From a bacterium (GTDB lineage: Bacteria; Patescibacteriota; Doudnabacteria; UBA920; VMFF01): DNA of 59,101 nt. Numbering within the stretch: the first letter of the stretch is position 1; each line of letters begins with the position of its first letter. Shown here piece by piece: positions 43,677-53,848 of the stretch. The stretch lies in the NCBI GenBank assembly GCA_021842385.1, contig JAKCAE010000027.1, positions 1-59,101 on the forward strand. The letters are read 5' to 3'. The notes beneath the pieces were generated by a model. It was not told the DNA's origin. It made no database searches and saw only the letters and a program-made list of their open reading frames with translations. The translations under genes were made by a program, and so were the position numbers.

Positions 43677-44888
43677 ATGATTTCAAACAGAAAATACATT
43701 TTAACAATACTGGTCTTGCTTGTTTTTTCAGTAGGCACTTTTTTTGGCGGCCTGAAAATGGGAGCCAGAGGGTATATCTACAGCGGTGGTGATTACAAGA
43801 TAATTAACCAGAATAATTATCCTAAAGATGTTGATTACAGTTTGCTTTGGCAGACATTAGATATTGTTAATCAGAAATATATAGATAAACCCATAGACCA
43901 GCAAAAAGTTTTGTATGGCGCTGTTGCCGGAGCTGTTGCTTCTCTGGGAGATCCGTATACGACTTTTTTTGATCCAAAGCAATATTCTGATTTTAAAACT
44001 GAGCTTTCCGGAACCTTTGACGGTATTGGTGCTGAAGTGGGCATGAAGGATGGTAATATTGTGGTTGTTGCCCCGCTTGATGATACCCCTGCAAAAAAAG
44101 CAGGCATTCTTTCCGGAGACATCATTTTAAAGGTTGATAACAAAGAAACAACTGGCCTGACTTTAGATGAGGTTGTCAGCAAGATCAGAGGTCCTCGCGG
44201 AACGCAAGTCGAGTTGAATATTTACAGACCTGATACTAAAAAACAGCTTGATTTTAAAATTACTAGGGCAAAGATAGAGATCACCAGTGTTAAGACAGAA
44301 TATAAAGAAGTTAACGGTAAAAAAATCGCTGTCATTAATATTCAAAGATTTGGCGATGACACAAACGAACTCTTTAGAGCAGCAGCTTTAAAAGCTGTTT
44401 CAGATAATGTATCGGGGATTGTCCTTGATTTAAGAGATGATCCAGGCGGATATTTGGATGGCGCTGTTAATATTGCTTCGTACTGGCTGGATAAAGGTAA
44501 AACAGTTGTTACTGAGGCTCATTCAGACGGAACTTCCCAGAAATTCACCTCAACGGGGAATAACATACTCTCTAAGATAAATACTGTAATTTTGGCAAAT
44601 GGCGGCAGCGCTTCAGCAGCAGAAATTGTTTCAGGAGCATTAAGAGATCAAGGTTATGCTAAGCTTGTTGGTGTAAAAACCTTTGGTAAGGGCTCTGTTC
44701 AGGAGTTAATTGGTTTGCCACAGAACACTGCTGTTAAAGTTACTGTAGCAAAATGGCTTACTCCAAACGGAATTAACATTAACAAAAATGGTCTTGAGCC
44801 AGATATTAAAGTGGAGATGGGCATTGATGATGCAGCCAAGAACAAGGATCCACAGATGGAAAAAGCCCTGGAGATTTTAGGTAAGTAA
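43677..44888 (+). CDS. ctpA: Carboxy-terminal processing protease (S41) with PDZ domain
   Basis: N-terminal TM segment, PDZ (TPAKKAGILSGDIILKVDNKET), LDLRDDPGGYL, GGSASAAEIVSGAL (Ser) and TFGKGSVQ (Lys). Confidence 0.85.
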   Translation: MISNRKYILTILVLLVFSVGTFFGGLKMGARGYIYSGGDYKIINQNNYPKDVDYSLLWQTLDIVNQKYIDKPIDQQKVLYGAVAGAVASLGDPYTTFFDPKQYSDFKTELSGTFDGIGAEVGMKDGNIVVVAPLDDTPAKKAGILSGDIILKVDNKETTGLTLDEVVSKIRGPRGTQVELNIYRPDTKKQLDFKITRAKIEITSVKTEYKEVNGKKIAVINIQRFGDDTNELFRAAALKAVSDNVSGIVLDLRDDPGGYLDGAVNIASYWLDKGKTVVTEAHSDGTSQKFTSTGNNILSKINTVILANGGSASAAEIVSGALRDQGYAKLVGVKTFGKGSVQELIGLPQNTAVKVTVAKWLTPNGININKNGLEPDIKVEMGIDDAAKNKDPQMEKALEILGK

Positions 44889-44909
44889 AGCCAAATGCAA
44901 GATTTGACT

Positions 44910-44940
44910 AAATAGCACCGTCCTGGTGCTATTTAGTTTT
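44910..44940 (+). terminator. Intrinsic terminator after ctpA
   Basis: AAATAGCACC-gtcct-GGTGCTATTT followed by AGTTTT. Confidence 0.65.
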
Positions 44941-44975
44941 GATCAAGGCTTAATTTCTGATAATATATATACATT

Positions 44976-46850
44976 ATGAAAAGACTGACAGCACAACAAT
45001 TAAGAGAAGCATTCTTGGGCTTTTTTGAGAGCAAAGGGCACACGGTGATTCCTTCATCTCCTTTAGTTCCACAAAATGACCCGACTGTCCTTTTTACAAC
45101 TGCAGGCATGCATCCTTTAGTGCCGTATCTTTTGGGCGAAAACCATCCCGGAGGAAAACGTGTTGTTGATGTTCAAAAATGTATTCGTACCACAGACATC
45201 GATGATGTTGGTGACAACAGGCATTTAACTTTTTTTGAAATGCTTGGCAACTGGAGTTTTGGCGACTATTTCAAAGCAGAAGCAATTACTTGGTGTTTTG
45301 AATTCTTGACTTCTAAAGATTGGTTGGACTTAGACCCAAACCAGCTATATGTTTCAGTATTTTCCGGAGATTCTGAGGTTCCTCGCGATCAAGAAGCAAT
45401 TGATGCTTGGCAAAAAGCATTTTCAACACACCCAACAAAACCAATCAAAGCAGAGTTCTCAGAAGAAGTTCACACATTTGGCGGAGTTAAAAGAATATTT
45501 CCTTACAACAGAGACAAAAATTGGTGGCAAGCTGGAGACAAAGGTCCTGCTGGCCCTGATACTGAAATGTTCATAGATACAGAAGGGGATTTACTAGAAA
45601 ATATGCGCGTAAAGCATGAACATTGGAGCAAACAAACAGGCAACACAGAAAAGTGTCACATTAATTGTGATTGTGGACGTTTTATTGAAGTTTGGAATAA
45701 TGTCTTCATGCAATACAATGGTTTAGGTGGAGGTAAATATGAAGTTCTTGCGCAAAAAAATGTTGACACAGGAATGGGTCTGGAAAGAGTTCTAACATTT
45801 TCTCAGGGACAAAACAATGTTTTTGATACTGAACTTTTTAAATCAGCTTTTAATGTAATTTTTGATCAACTCGGTGAAGCAACAAATCTTCAGGAAGGTA
45901 AAGCAAGAATCATTGTTGACCATTTGCGTGCAGCAACTTTCATGGCTGCAGACGGTGTTAGCCCTTCAAACAAAGAACGTGGATATATCATGCGACGTAT
46001 TTTAAGGAGAGCAATTGTGCATGGCAAAATACTTGGTTTAAAAGGTGATTGGGTTGAAAAAATTGTTTTGGGATATATCTTAGAATATTCTAAGGCATAC
46101 CCTGAGCTTGAACAGAACCGTAGAAATATATTAAACGTTATCTTAGAAGAAGAGCAGAAGTTTGGCAAAACATTGGAAGCTGGGTTAAAGGAATTTAGAA
46201 AATACAAGGAAGTTTCCGGCAAAGATGCTTTTAACCTTTTTCAATCATTTGGAATACCTTGGGAAATTACCAAAGAGTTGGCTTTGCAATCGGGAATGGA
46301 TGTTGATAAAGAAGAGTTTGAAGCTGAGTTTAAAAAACATCAAGAGCTTTCTAGAACAGCTTCAGCAGGTACTTTTAAAGGAGGGCTTGCAGATCATTCG
46401 GAAATTGTTGTTAAGATGCACACAGCAACCCATCTCTTGCAGGCTGCTTTGCGTAAAGTTTTAGGAGAGCATGTTTTTCAAAAAGGTAGCAATATAACTC
46501 CTGAAAGATTACGTTTTGATTTCACGCATACAGAAAAAATGAGCGCTGAACAAATTTCAGAAGTAGAAAAGATAGTTAATGAAAATATTGCCAGAGATTT
46601 GAAAGTCAAAAGGGAGATAATGAGTCCAGAAGAAGCAAGAGAGCTTGGTGCCATAGGGCTTTTTGGTGAAAAATATGGTGATACTGTTTCCATCTATACA
46701 ATCTTTGATCCTTCCAACAAAGAAATAATTTCCCGAGAGTTTTGCGGGGGGCCGCATGTAGAGCAGACTTCTGATATTGGTAAGTTTAAGATCCTTAAAG
46801 AGGAGGCTGTTTCTGCCGGTGTGCGCAGAATTAAAGCAGTTGTAGAATAA
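44976..46850 (+). CDS. alaS: Alanyl-tRNA synthetase, short form lacking the C-Ala domain
   Basis: FFESKGHTVIPSSPLVP, FTTAGM, FFEMLGNWSFGDYF, the editing-domain motifs HTATHLL and CGGPHV. It ends at GVRRIKAVVE after 624 aa. Confidence 0.9.
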   Translation: MKRLTAQQLREAFLGFFESKGHTVIPSSPLVPQNDPTVLFTTAGMHPLVPYLLGENHPGGKRVVDVQKCIRTTDIDDVGDNRHLTFFEMLGNWSFGDYFKAEAITWCFEFLTSKDWLDLDPNQLYVSVFSGDSEVPRDQEAIDAWQKAFSTHPTKPIKAEFSEEVHTFGGVKRIFPYNRDKNWWQAGDKGPAGPDTEMFIDTEGDLLENMRVKHEHWSKQTGNTEKCHINCDCGRFIEVWNNVFMQYNGLGGGKYEVLAQKNVDTGMGLERVLTFSQGQNNVFDTELFKSAFNVIFDQLGEATNLQEGKARIIVDHLRAATFMAADGVSPSNKERGYIMRRILRRAIVHGKILGLKGDWVEKIVLGYILEYSKAYPELEQNRRNILNVILEEEQKFGKTLEAGLKEFRKYKEVSGKDAFNLFQSFGIPWEITKELALQSGMDVDKEEFEAEFKKHQELSRTASAGTFKGGLADHSEIVVKMHTATHLLQAALRKVLGEHVFQKGSNITPERLRFDFTHTEKMSAEQISEVEKIVNENIARDLKVKREIMSPEEARELGAIGLFGEKYGDTVSIYTIFDPSNKEIISREFCGGPHVEQTSDIGKFKILKEEAVSAGVRRIKAVVE

Positions 46851-46851
46851 T

Positions 46852-48006
46852 ATGCATTTGGAATTTTCAAACATTTCAAAAAACGAAAGCCAAGAAGTCT
46901 CTTTTCCGGAAGCTCCCTTTTTAAATTACAAGCCGGATTTAGAAAAGATTAAAACACTTGCAGAAAAATACAAGCAGTACTCAAATCTTTTAATCATCGG
47001 AAATGGCGGAAGTATTACCAGCACAATCGGTCTTTTGGGAGTATTTGGTACTGGCGGAAAGAGGGTTGAGATTCTTTCTACAGTTGATCCGGAGTATATT
47101 TATAAACTAAAAGAGGAATTAAAAAAAGAAGAAACTTTAGTTTTGGCAATATCTAAATCAGGAGAAACAGTCAGTCTTTTAGAAGCACTTTTCCACTTTA
47201 CCGGTTATCCTTTGCTTTGTGTTACTAGTGAAGACAGTGTTTTACAAAGCATTGGTCAAAAGCTGGGCGCAGAAATTATCAAACACCCTGCGGTTGGCGG
47301 AAGATTTTCTACTTTTTCAGAGGTCGCTTTATTACCGGCTGCCATTTGTTCCATAGATATTGATGAGCTTTACAAAGGAGCTTTGGAATTTTACGCTCAA
47401 GGTGGTCAGAATAATCTGGCATTGCAGGCAGCTAATGCCCTGTGGCAGCTAGAGAAACAGGGTATTGTAGATATTTTCGTGCCGATATATTCACACAGTG
47501 TTTTTCCTTTTAGCAGTTTAATAGTCCAACTTTGTCATGAGACTTTTGGTAAAGAGGGAAAAGGGCAGACATATTTTTCACACGAAGCTCCTGAATCTCA
47601 GCACCATACCAATCAAAGATTTTTTGGTGGTCAAAAAAATATTGCAGGTTTTTTCATTACTTTAGATAACTTCAGAAAAGATAGCAAAACAGAGGTGCCC
47701 CATGGATTACAGAGTTTGCCTTTAAAAGATGGCTCCTTGTATGATCTGCACAAAATGCCTTTGTCCTACTCCATGTATTCGGAGTTTGAAGGGACTTGGG
47801 AAGATGCAGAAAAGAAAAACATTCCATTGATTGCTTTGCATTTAACTTCAGCAGAGCCAAGGGAAATCGGCAGATTCATAGCTTTTTGGCAGTTCTATGC
47901 TGTCTATTCAGCACTCTTACGTTCTGTAAATCCTTTTGATCAGCATCAGGTGGAAAGTTCCAAAATTATTTCGTGGGAACAAAGAAAAAAATTTCATCGG
48001 GAGTAA
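46852..48006 (+). CDS. pgi: Glucose-6-phosphate isomerase (short form)
   Basis: IIGNGGS, LAISKSGETV, the VGGRFS signature, QLCHETFGKEG and ESQHHTNQ, arranged as in PGI. Confidence 0.75.
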   Translation: MHLEFSNISKNESQEVSFPEAPFLNYKPDLEKIKTLAEKYKQYSNLLIIGNGGSITSTIGLLGVFGTGGKRVEILSTVDPEYIYKLKEELKKEETLVLAISKSGETVSLLEALFHFTGYPLLCVTSEDSVLQSIGQKLGAEIIKHPAVGGRFSTFSEVALLPAAICSIDIDELYKGALEFYAQGGQNNLALQAANALWQLEKQGIVDIFVPIYSHSVFPFSSLIVQLCHETFGKEGKGQTYFSHEAPESQHHTNQRFFGGQKNIAGFFITLDNFRKDSKTEVPHGLQSLPLKDGSLYDLHKMPLSYSMYSEFEGTWEDAEKKNIPLIALHLTSAEPREIGRFIAFWQFYAVYSALLRSVNPFDQHQVESSKIISWEQRKKFHRE

Positions 48007-48012
48007 TTAAGA

Positions 48013-49548
48013 ATGGCAAATATATTTTTAAAACCTAATGCGGACATTGATGAAATAGTCGCAAAAGTCTTTGAGGATCGGGGCAATGAAGTTACCCTAG
48101 TTTTTCCTAATGGTTCAAAACTTTTTTCAGATCAGGCAAGTCTTGAGATTCTAAAAACCAAAACAGATGAATTGGGAAAAAAAGTTTCTTTTTTCCTTCA
48201 GGATATGCATATTGGCCAAATACTTGTTGATATTGGTTTTGGTGTTCGTGGTACAAAAAAGCCCTTAAAAAAAAGAGTCATTCAAAAGCCTGAGCCAATT
48301 AAAGAAGAGGTTGTGCAACAACCCCCTCAGGTCATGCAATTTGTTCCAGAACCAGTCATTCAAAAGCCTGTAATTTCAGAACCCGTGTATCATGCCAAGC
48401 CGCGCATAATTAATACCGAGGCTCTTAAAAAAGGAAAAAAGAAAAGAAAGATAGTTGTTTCTGTTGTGATGATTTTGATAGTTGCCTTGCTTTTATCTGT
48501 TTTTGTATTACCTCGGGTAAGTCTAACGATTTATGCGCACAGTCAGCCATTAAGCAGGGATTTGGAGATATCTTTAAGCAGGGATTTTAAAAATGCAGAT
48601 GCAAAACAATTACAGCTGCCAGTTCAGGTTATAGACAAGGAGCAGCAGGGCACAAAAACTTTTAACACCACAGGAAAGTTAAATGTTGGCATTAAAGCCA
48701 GGGGAGTATTGACCATAACAAACAATACGGGTAAGACCTTGAAGTTAAATTCAGCGACAACAGAGTTTTCAGTTGACAAAAGGATATTCAGACTAGAAAA
48801 AGACGTTAGTGGAATTACCCAAAGCCTTGATGTTTCTGTGATTGCTGACCAAGCTGGAGATGAATACAATATTCCGGCTGGTACTAGATTTGAGATTGCA
48901 AATCAAGTTTTGGGCAAGGCGCCTCAATTGCTCTATGCAACTAACATGAAAGCTTTATACGGTGGGGTTTCTAGATACACAGCAAATATTTCCCAGGAAG
49001 ATATTGACGCAGCAAGCAAAGAGCTTAGTAATACACTTTTTGATTCTGCAAAACAACAGCTTTTTAACACCCAGGGTTTAATATTAGACCAAGCACTCTC
49101 TTCTTTTGAGGTCAAAAATATTTCTTTTGACAAAAAAGTTAGTGACCAATCCCTGAACTTTTCAGGAAGCGCTTCAGGACACCTGCAAGCAATAGTTTAC
49201 AATTACGCGGCTCTAAAGAAACTCATTGAGCAGCGCATTGCTTTAACCTTAGAGCAGGGTCAGACTATGGCAACGGACAAAAAGGAAGATATTAAAGTGA
49301 CTTTTAAAAATGTTGATTTAGCAAAAGGAACCGCAATTGCAGAGGTGCATGTTGAGAGTATTCTAGTGTCAAAAGTAGACCCAAACTCGGTAAAGGCAAC
49401 TATTCGTGGCAAATCAGTGAACGAGATAAAGGATTTATTACTTTCTGACCCTAAAATTGATGGTTTAGATATAGAGACAAGTCCTTTTTGGGTCAAAAGA
49501 GCCCCTTCTCTTTCAGGCCGAGTTTATGTCACGGTAACCACGAAATAA
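48013..49548 (+). CDS. Hypothetical single-pass membrane protein
   Basis: Cytoplasmic N-domain, basic stretch KKGKKKRK, then TM segment [20 protein letters not shown] and a large external domain. No recognisable motif. Confidence 0.55.
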   Translation: MANIFLKPNADIDEIVAKVFEDRGNEVTLVFPNGSKLFSDQASLEILKTKTDELGKKVSFFLQDMHIGQILVDIGFGVRGTKKPLKKRVIQKPEPIKEEVVQQPPQVMQFVPEPVIQKPVISEPVYHAKPRIINTEALKKGKKKRKIVVSVVMILIVALLLSVFVLPRVSLTIYAHSQPLSRDLEISLSRDFKNADAKQLQLPVQVIDKEQQGTKTFNTTGKLNVGIKARGVLTITNNTGKTLKLNSATTEFSVDKRIFRLEKDVSGITQSLDVSVIADQAGDEYNIPAGTRFEIANQVLGKAPQLLYATNMKALYGGVSRYTANISQEDIDAASKELSNTLFDSAKQQLFNTQGLILDQALSSFEVKNISFDKKVSDQSLNFSGSASGHLQAIVYNYAALKKLIEQRIALTLEQGQTMATDKKEDIKVTFKNVDLAKGTAIAEVHVESILVSKVDPNSVKATIRGKSVNEIKDLLLSDPKIDGLDIETSPFWVKRAPSLSGRVYVTVTTK

Positions 49549-49577
49549 CAGGGGTCAAAACCTTATTTTTAAAAGGT

Positions 49578-49606
49578 TTGACACATTTAGGCTTGTTTGA
49601 TAGAAT
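49578..49606 (+). promoter_or_regulatory. Near-consensus sigma-70 promoter ahead of infA and the ribosomal-protein genes
   Basis: TTGACA (49578-49583), a 17-nt spacer, TAGAAT (49601-49606). Confidence 0.5.
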
Positions 49607-49886
49607 ATTTCCACGAGAATTTAAGTTAAAACTTATTCCTACGAGCACTCAAGACTTTGGAAAGTCCGATAAAAGCAAGGAAACGATCGAATTAGACGGC
49701 AAGGTTGTGGAAACCTTACCTAATGCTTTGTTTCGCGTCCAAATTGATTCAGGGCAGATAATTCTGGCACATATAGCCGGAAAACTCCGGGTCAACAAGA
49801 TTCGTGTGCTTCCGGGTGATAAGGTGATCGTCGAAGTAACCCCATACGATTTAACAAGGGGTAGAATCATAAGAAGAATACGTTAA
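49593..49886 (+). CDS. infA: Translation initiation factor IF-1 (start codon uncertain)
   Basis: The conserved core [68 protein letters not shown] aligns with IF-1 end to end. There is no in-frame ATG/GTG/TTG at the position expected for a 70-75-aa IF-1. Candidate starts are TTG 49593 or 49578, ATT 49635, or ATC 49686. Confidence 0.8.
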   Translation: MFDRIFPREFKLKLIPTSTQDFGKSDKSKETIELDGKVVETLPNALFRVQIDSGQIILAHIAGKLRVNKIRVLPGDKVIVEVTPYDLTRGRIIRRIR

Positions 49887-49889
49887 AAT

Positions 49890-50006
49890 ATGAAAGTAAG
49901 AGCAAGCGTTAAAAAAATGTGCAAGGATTGCAAGATAGTCCGCAGAAACGGAAAGCTTTTTGTCATTTGCCCAAAAACTCCTAAACATAAACAGAGACAA
50001 GGTTAA
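49890..50006 (+). CDS. rpmJ: 50S ribosomal protein L36
   Basis: Too short for the ORF track. My translation reads [38 protein letters not shown]. Confidence 0.9.
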   Translation: MKVRASVKKMCKDCKIVRRNGKLFVICPKTPKHKQRQG

Positions 50007-50012
50007 TTAACT

Positions 50013-50405
50013 ATGGCAAGAATAGCAGGGATTAACATTCCCAACGAAAAAAGAATAGAGGCATCACTTCCATATATTTACGGAATTGGTTTGCCTTTAG
50101 CAAAGAAAATTTTAAAAGCAACCGGAGTTGACGCTAACAAGAGAACCAAAGATTTAACAGAAAGCGAATTAAACAAGCTCCGTGAATATATTGAAAAAAC
50201 AGGATTTAAAGTAGAAGGTCAGTTAAGACAGCAAATCCTTTTGAATATTAAGCGATTGAAAGAAATTGGTTCTTACCGCGGTACTAGACATATCCGTGGT
50301 TTGCCTGTTCGTGGTCAGAGAACAAAGACCAATTCCAGAACCCGCAGAGGTAATGTTAGAAAAACAGCAGGTTCAGGTAGAAAAGCAGCAAACGAAAAGA
50401 CTTAA
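50013..50405 (+). CDS. rpsM: 30S ribosomal protein S13
   Basis: [30 protein letters not shown]. Confidence 0.95.
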   Translation: MARIAGINIPNEKRIEASLPYIYGIGLPLAKKILKATGVDANKRTKDLTESELNKLREYIEKTGFKVEGQLRQQILLNIKRLKEIGSYRGTRHIRGLPVRGQRTKTNSRTRRGNVRKTAGSGRKAANEKT

Positions 50406-50414
50406 TCTAAAAAT

Positions 50415-50861
50415 ATGGCAGAAGAAATTAAGACAACAGAAAATACAGAAAACCAAGCAGCAGAAACAGCTGCTGTTAAAGCTCCCTCAAAGCGCAAAAA
50501 GAGCGCGAAGGCAAAAGTCACAAGGGGCAAGGTTTACGTACAGTCTACATACAATAATACGATCATTTCGATTACAGATACTCTGGGTAATGTAATTTCT
50601 TGGGGTTCAGCAGGTTTAGTTGGTTTTAAAGGCTCAAAAAAATCAACCCCATATGCTGCTCAGAAAACTATGGAAGATATAATCCAAAGAGTTAAGGACC
50701 GCGGCTTACAAGAAGTAGATGTTTTAGTTAAAGGCATTGGTTCAGGTCGTGAGTCAGCAGTTAGAGCTTTGCAAAGCTCTGGTTTAACCGTTCTATCCAT
50801 TAAAGATCAGACCCCTATCCCACACGGTGGTGTAAGACCAAAGAAAGTGAGAAGAGTCTAA
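50415..50861 (+). CDS. rpsK: 30S ribosomal protein S11
   Basis: VYVQSTYNNTIISITD, KGSKKSTPYAAQ, PHGGVRPKKVRRV. Confidence 0.95.
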   Translation: MAEEIKTTENTENQAAETAAVKAPSKRKKSAKAKVTRGKVYVQSTYNNTIISITDTLGNVISWGSAGLVGFKGSKKSTPYAAQKTMEDIIQRVKDRGLQEVDVLVKGIGSGRESAVRALQSSGLTVLSIKDQTPIPHGGVRPKKVRRV

Positions 50862-50862
50862 T

Positions 50863-51471
50863 ATGGCAAGATATACAGGACCAAAAGTTAAAAAAGCCCG
50901 TTCCTTTGGCGAAGCTGTTACAGCAAAAGACGCCAAGGTTTTAATGAAGAGAAACTATGCTCCAGGACAGCATGGCCAAAGCAAAGGACGCGTTTCAGAA
51001 TACGGCACCCAGCTTAAGGAAAAACAGAAAGCTAAATGGACTTACGGAGTTTTAGAAAAACAATTTAGAAAATATTTTGAAGAAGCTTCAAAGAAAAAAG
51101 GTATTACCGGAGATGCTTTGCTTCAGATATTAGAATCAAGACTTGATAATGTTGTTTATCGTTTAGGTTTTGCGGAAACCAGAGCTCAAGCAAGACAGCT
51201 TGTTTCTCACGGTTTTTTTGATGTAAACGGCAAGAAAGTAAACATTCCTTCATACAGAACAAGAGTCGGAGAAACAATATCTTTTAGAGATACTAAAAAG
51301 AAGAGCAAATACGTTGAAGTTTTAAAGCAGAAATTGAAGAATGCCAAGACTCAGGAATGGTTGGAATTAAATGCAGATGCGCTTTCTGGTAAAGTCTTAA
51401 GCGTACCAAACCAGGAACAGATTGAAAGCAGACTCAATACGCAGCTGATTGTTGAATTGTATTCAAGATAA
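50863..51471 (+). CDS. rpsD: 30S ribosomal protein S4
   Basis: MARYTGPK, EKQKAKWTYGVLEKQFR, LESRLDNVVYRLGFA, QLVSHGFFDVNGKKVNIPSY. Confidence 0.95.
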   Translation: MARYTGPKVKKARSFGEAVTAKDAKVLMKRNYAPGQHGQSKGRVSEYGTQLKEKQKAKWTYGVLEKQFRKYFEEASKKKGITGDALLQILESRLDNVVYRLGFAETRAQARQLVSHGFFDVNGKKVNIPSYRTRVGETISFRDTKKKSKYVEVLKQKLKNAKTQEWLELNADALSGKVLSVPNQEQIESRLNTQLIVELYSR

Positions 51472-51567
51472 TTTAATTAACGCCTTTTAAAGGCAAGGGA
51501 GAACGCTGTATAAGGTTTGACGCGTCACGAATTAGGTCCACGTTCAAATCGAAAGCAAGCGTAACAA

Positions 51568-52491
51568 ATGGAAGCTATTCCATTACCAAATCAGGTCAGT
51601 TTGTTGGAGCAAGACGGTAACCGTTACACTTTTGTAATGGAACCTTTGTATCCGGGATATGGTGTAACCATTGGCAACACTTTGCGCCGTGTTTTACTTT
51701 CATCCATGCCTGGTGCTGCTGTTGTTGCTGTTAAAATGAAATGGGTTGATCATGAATTTTCAACAATCCCAAATGTTAAAGAGGATGTTGTTGAAATAAT
51801 CTTGAACTTAAAACAGCTAAGATTAAAAGTACATACTGAAGAACCTGTCAGGCTTTCCTTGAAAGTGAAGGGTGAAAAAGTTGTTACAGCAGCAGACATC
51901 AAAGAAACAGACTTAGTTGAAGTTGTAAACAAAGACCTTTACATCGCAACATTGGATAACAAGAGCGCTGAATTAGATATGGAATTAATAGTCCAACAGG
52001 GCAGAGGATATGTTCCTGTAGAACAGCGCGAATCTGAAAAACTTGAAATTGGCATGATTGCAGTAGATGCAATATATACGCCAATCAAGAATGTTAACTA
52101 TGAGGTGCAAAATGTCCGTGTAGGTCAGATCACAAACTTTGATAAATTGACCATTACCATGGAAACAGACGGCACCATAAACGGACAGGAAGCTTTAAAC
52201 ATTGCAGCCCATATCTTAGTCGATCACTTTACAATGCTTGTTAATGATTCAGCAATCCCTGCTAATGCAACCTCCAGAGCAGTAACTCCGGAAGTCTTTG
52301 AAGAAAGTGCTGAAGGAACTTCAGTAAAAAGTTTAGATCTTTCAGTGAGAGCCCAGAATGCTTTAGAAAAGAATGCCATTTCAACAGTAGAACAGCTTCA
52401 AGCGATGACCTCTGAAGAAATCAAAAGTTTAGATGGTTTAGGAGAAAAAACAGCAAGCGAAATTTTAGCAGTTTTAGGAAAGAGTATTTAA
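51568..52491 (+). CDS. rpoA: DNA-directed RNA polymerase alpha subunit
   Basis: GYGVTIGNTLRRVLLSSMPGAAV plus a C-terminal domain LSVRAQNALEKNAISTVEQL. Canonical position after rpsD. Confidence 0.95.
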   Translation: MEAIPLPNQVSLLEQDGNRYTFVMEPLYPGYGVTIGNTLRRVLLSSMPGAAVVAVKMKWVDHEFSTIPNVKEDVVEIILNLKQLRLKVHTEEPVRLSLKVKGEKVVTAADIKETDLVEVVNKDLYIATLDNKSAELDMELIVQQGRGYVPVEQRESEKLEIGMIAVDAIYTPIKNVNYEVQNVRVGQITNFDKLTITMETDGTINGQEALNIAAHILVDHFTMLVNDSAIPANATSRAVTPEVFEESAEGTSVKSLDLSVRAQNALEKNAISTVEQLQAMTSEEIKSLDGLGEKTASEILAVLGKSI

Positions 52492-52498
52492 GAAATAT

Positions 52499-52846
52499 AT
52501 GCGACACAGAATCAAAAAGTCCAAGAAGTTAGGAAGAGGCATGGACCAGCGCAGAAAACTTCTGCGTTCCATGGCTTCTGCGGTTATTGTTTATGAGCAA
52601 ATTGAAACAACACCTGCAAATGCAAAAGCATTGCGCAGCTATGTTGACAAGATGATAACCAAAGGCAAGGCAAAAACTTTGCATGCTCATCGACAGCTTA
52701 TGGCAGATTTAAACAAGAATGCTGCTAAAAAAGTCGTAGAGGTTTTGGCAGAACGTTTTAAAGACCGCAAGGGCGGCTACACCAGAATTTTGATCTCTGG
52801 AAAGTCTAAAGACGGAGCTAATAAATATATTGTGGAACTTACCTAA
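52499..52846 (+). CDS. rplQ: 50S ribosomal protein L17
   Basis: MRHRIKKSKKLGR, GGYTRI. Confidence 0.9.
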   Translation: MRHRIKKSKKLGRGMDQRRKLLRSMASAVIVYEQIETTPANAKALRSYVDKMITKGKAKTLHAHRQLMADLNKNAAKKVVEVLAERFKDRKGGYTRILISGKSKDGANKYIVELT

Positions 52847-52850
52847 ATTT

Positions 52851-53270
52851 ATGAAATCACAGAAAACATACATTCCTAAGAAAATTACCAGAGCCTGGTT
52901 GGAAATAGACGCTTCGGCAAAGCCTGTCGGTCGTGTTGCCACAGTCATTGCAAATGCTTTGCGCGGTAAAGGCAAAAGAGACTTCACCCCGCACTTGGAC
53001 ATGGGTGATTTTGTAGTTGCGACTAATGTTGAAAAGATTAAGTTCAGCGGCAGAAAAGTAGAACAGAAGAAATACCACCACTATTCCGGATATCCGGGTG
53101 GTTTAAGAACCAAGACTTTAAAGAATTTGATTGCTGAAAAACCTGAGGATGTTTTGAGAAGAGCGGTATTTAACATGATTGATGATCACAAGCTCCGCAA
53201 ACCAATGATGCGTAGATTGAAAATGATTAAAGGAACAAGTCACGAATTTAAGATTGATAAAAAGATATAA
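52851..53270 (+). CDS. rplM: 50S ribosomal protein L13
   Basis: WLEIDASAKPVGRVATVIANALRGK, HYSGYPGGL. The ATG at 52851 is preferred over the track start at 52830. Confidence 0.9.
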   Translation: MKSQKTYIPKKITRAWLEIDASAKPVGRVATVIANALRGKGKRDFTPHLDMGDFVVATNVEKIKFSGRKVEQKKYHHYSGYPGGLRTKTLKNLIAEKPEDVLRRAVFNMIDDHKLRKPMMRRLKMIKGTSHEFKIDKKI

Positions 53271-53275
53271 CTAAT

Positions 53276-53833
53276 ATGGTAACTACGAAGAAAACCACAA
53301 CTGAAAAGAAACCAGCAACAAAAACTACCAGAAAGCCAAAAGTAGTGAAAGAGGCTGTTTCAGAAACGCCGGTTGTTCATGCAGAAAAAACTCATGCAGA
53401 AAAGACACCTGCTTCTACAGCAGTCGGACAAGTAAATTTGGCTGAGGGTAAATATGCTTGGGCAGTAGGTAGAAGAAAGACTTCTGTTGCTAATGTTCGT
53501 CTTTTCAAAGGAAAAGGAAAGAGCACGGTTAACAAGAAAGAAATTGCTGTATATTTTGGCAACAAAGCATTAACAGAACAAGCATTTAAACCTTTGCAGC
53601 TTTCCGGTTTGGAAAATCAGGTCTATGTCTATGTTAATGTTTCAGGCGGTGGTATTAATTCACAATCTCAAGCAGTTGCTCATGGTATTGCCACGGCTTT
53701 GGCAAAACATAACACAGAGTTTAGAAAGGTCTTAAAGAAGAACGGTTTGTTAACCAGAGATTCCAGAATGAAAGAAAGAAAAAAGCCAGGATTAAAACGA
53801 GCCAGACGCGGTCCGCAGTGGGCAAAGAGATAA
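53276..53833 (+). CDS. rpsI: 30S ribosomal protein S9 with about 55-aa Lys/Thr-rich N-terminal extension
   Basis: Core AVGRRKTSVANVRL...GGGINSQSQAVAHGIATAL...LTRDSRMKERKKPGLKRARRGPQWAKR. Confidence 0.9.
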   Translation: MVTTKKTTTEKKPATKTTRKPKVVKEAVSETPVVHAEKTHAEKTPASTAVGQVNLAEGKYAWAVGRRKTSVANVRLFKGKGKSTVNKKEIAVYFGNKALTEQAFKPLQLSGLENQVYVYVNVSGGGINSQSQAVAHGIATALAKHNTEFRKVLKKNGLLTRDSRMKERKKPGLKRARRGPQWAKR

Positions 53834-53848
53834 CCAATATACACAAAA

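Noticed and set aside
51518-51527. 10-bp perfect palindrome TGACGCGTCA in the rpsD-rpoA spacer
   Set aside because: Perfect 10-bp palindromes are expected dozens of times by chance in 59 kb, and it matches no known operator I can name.
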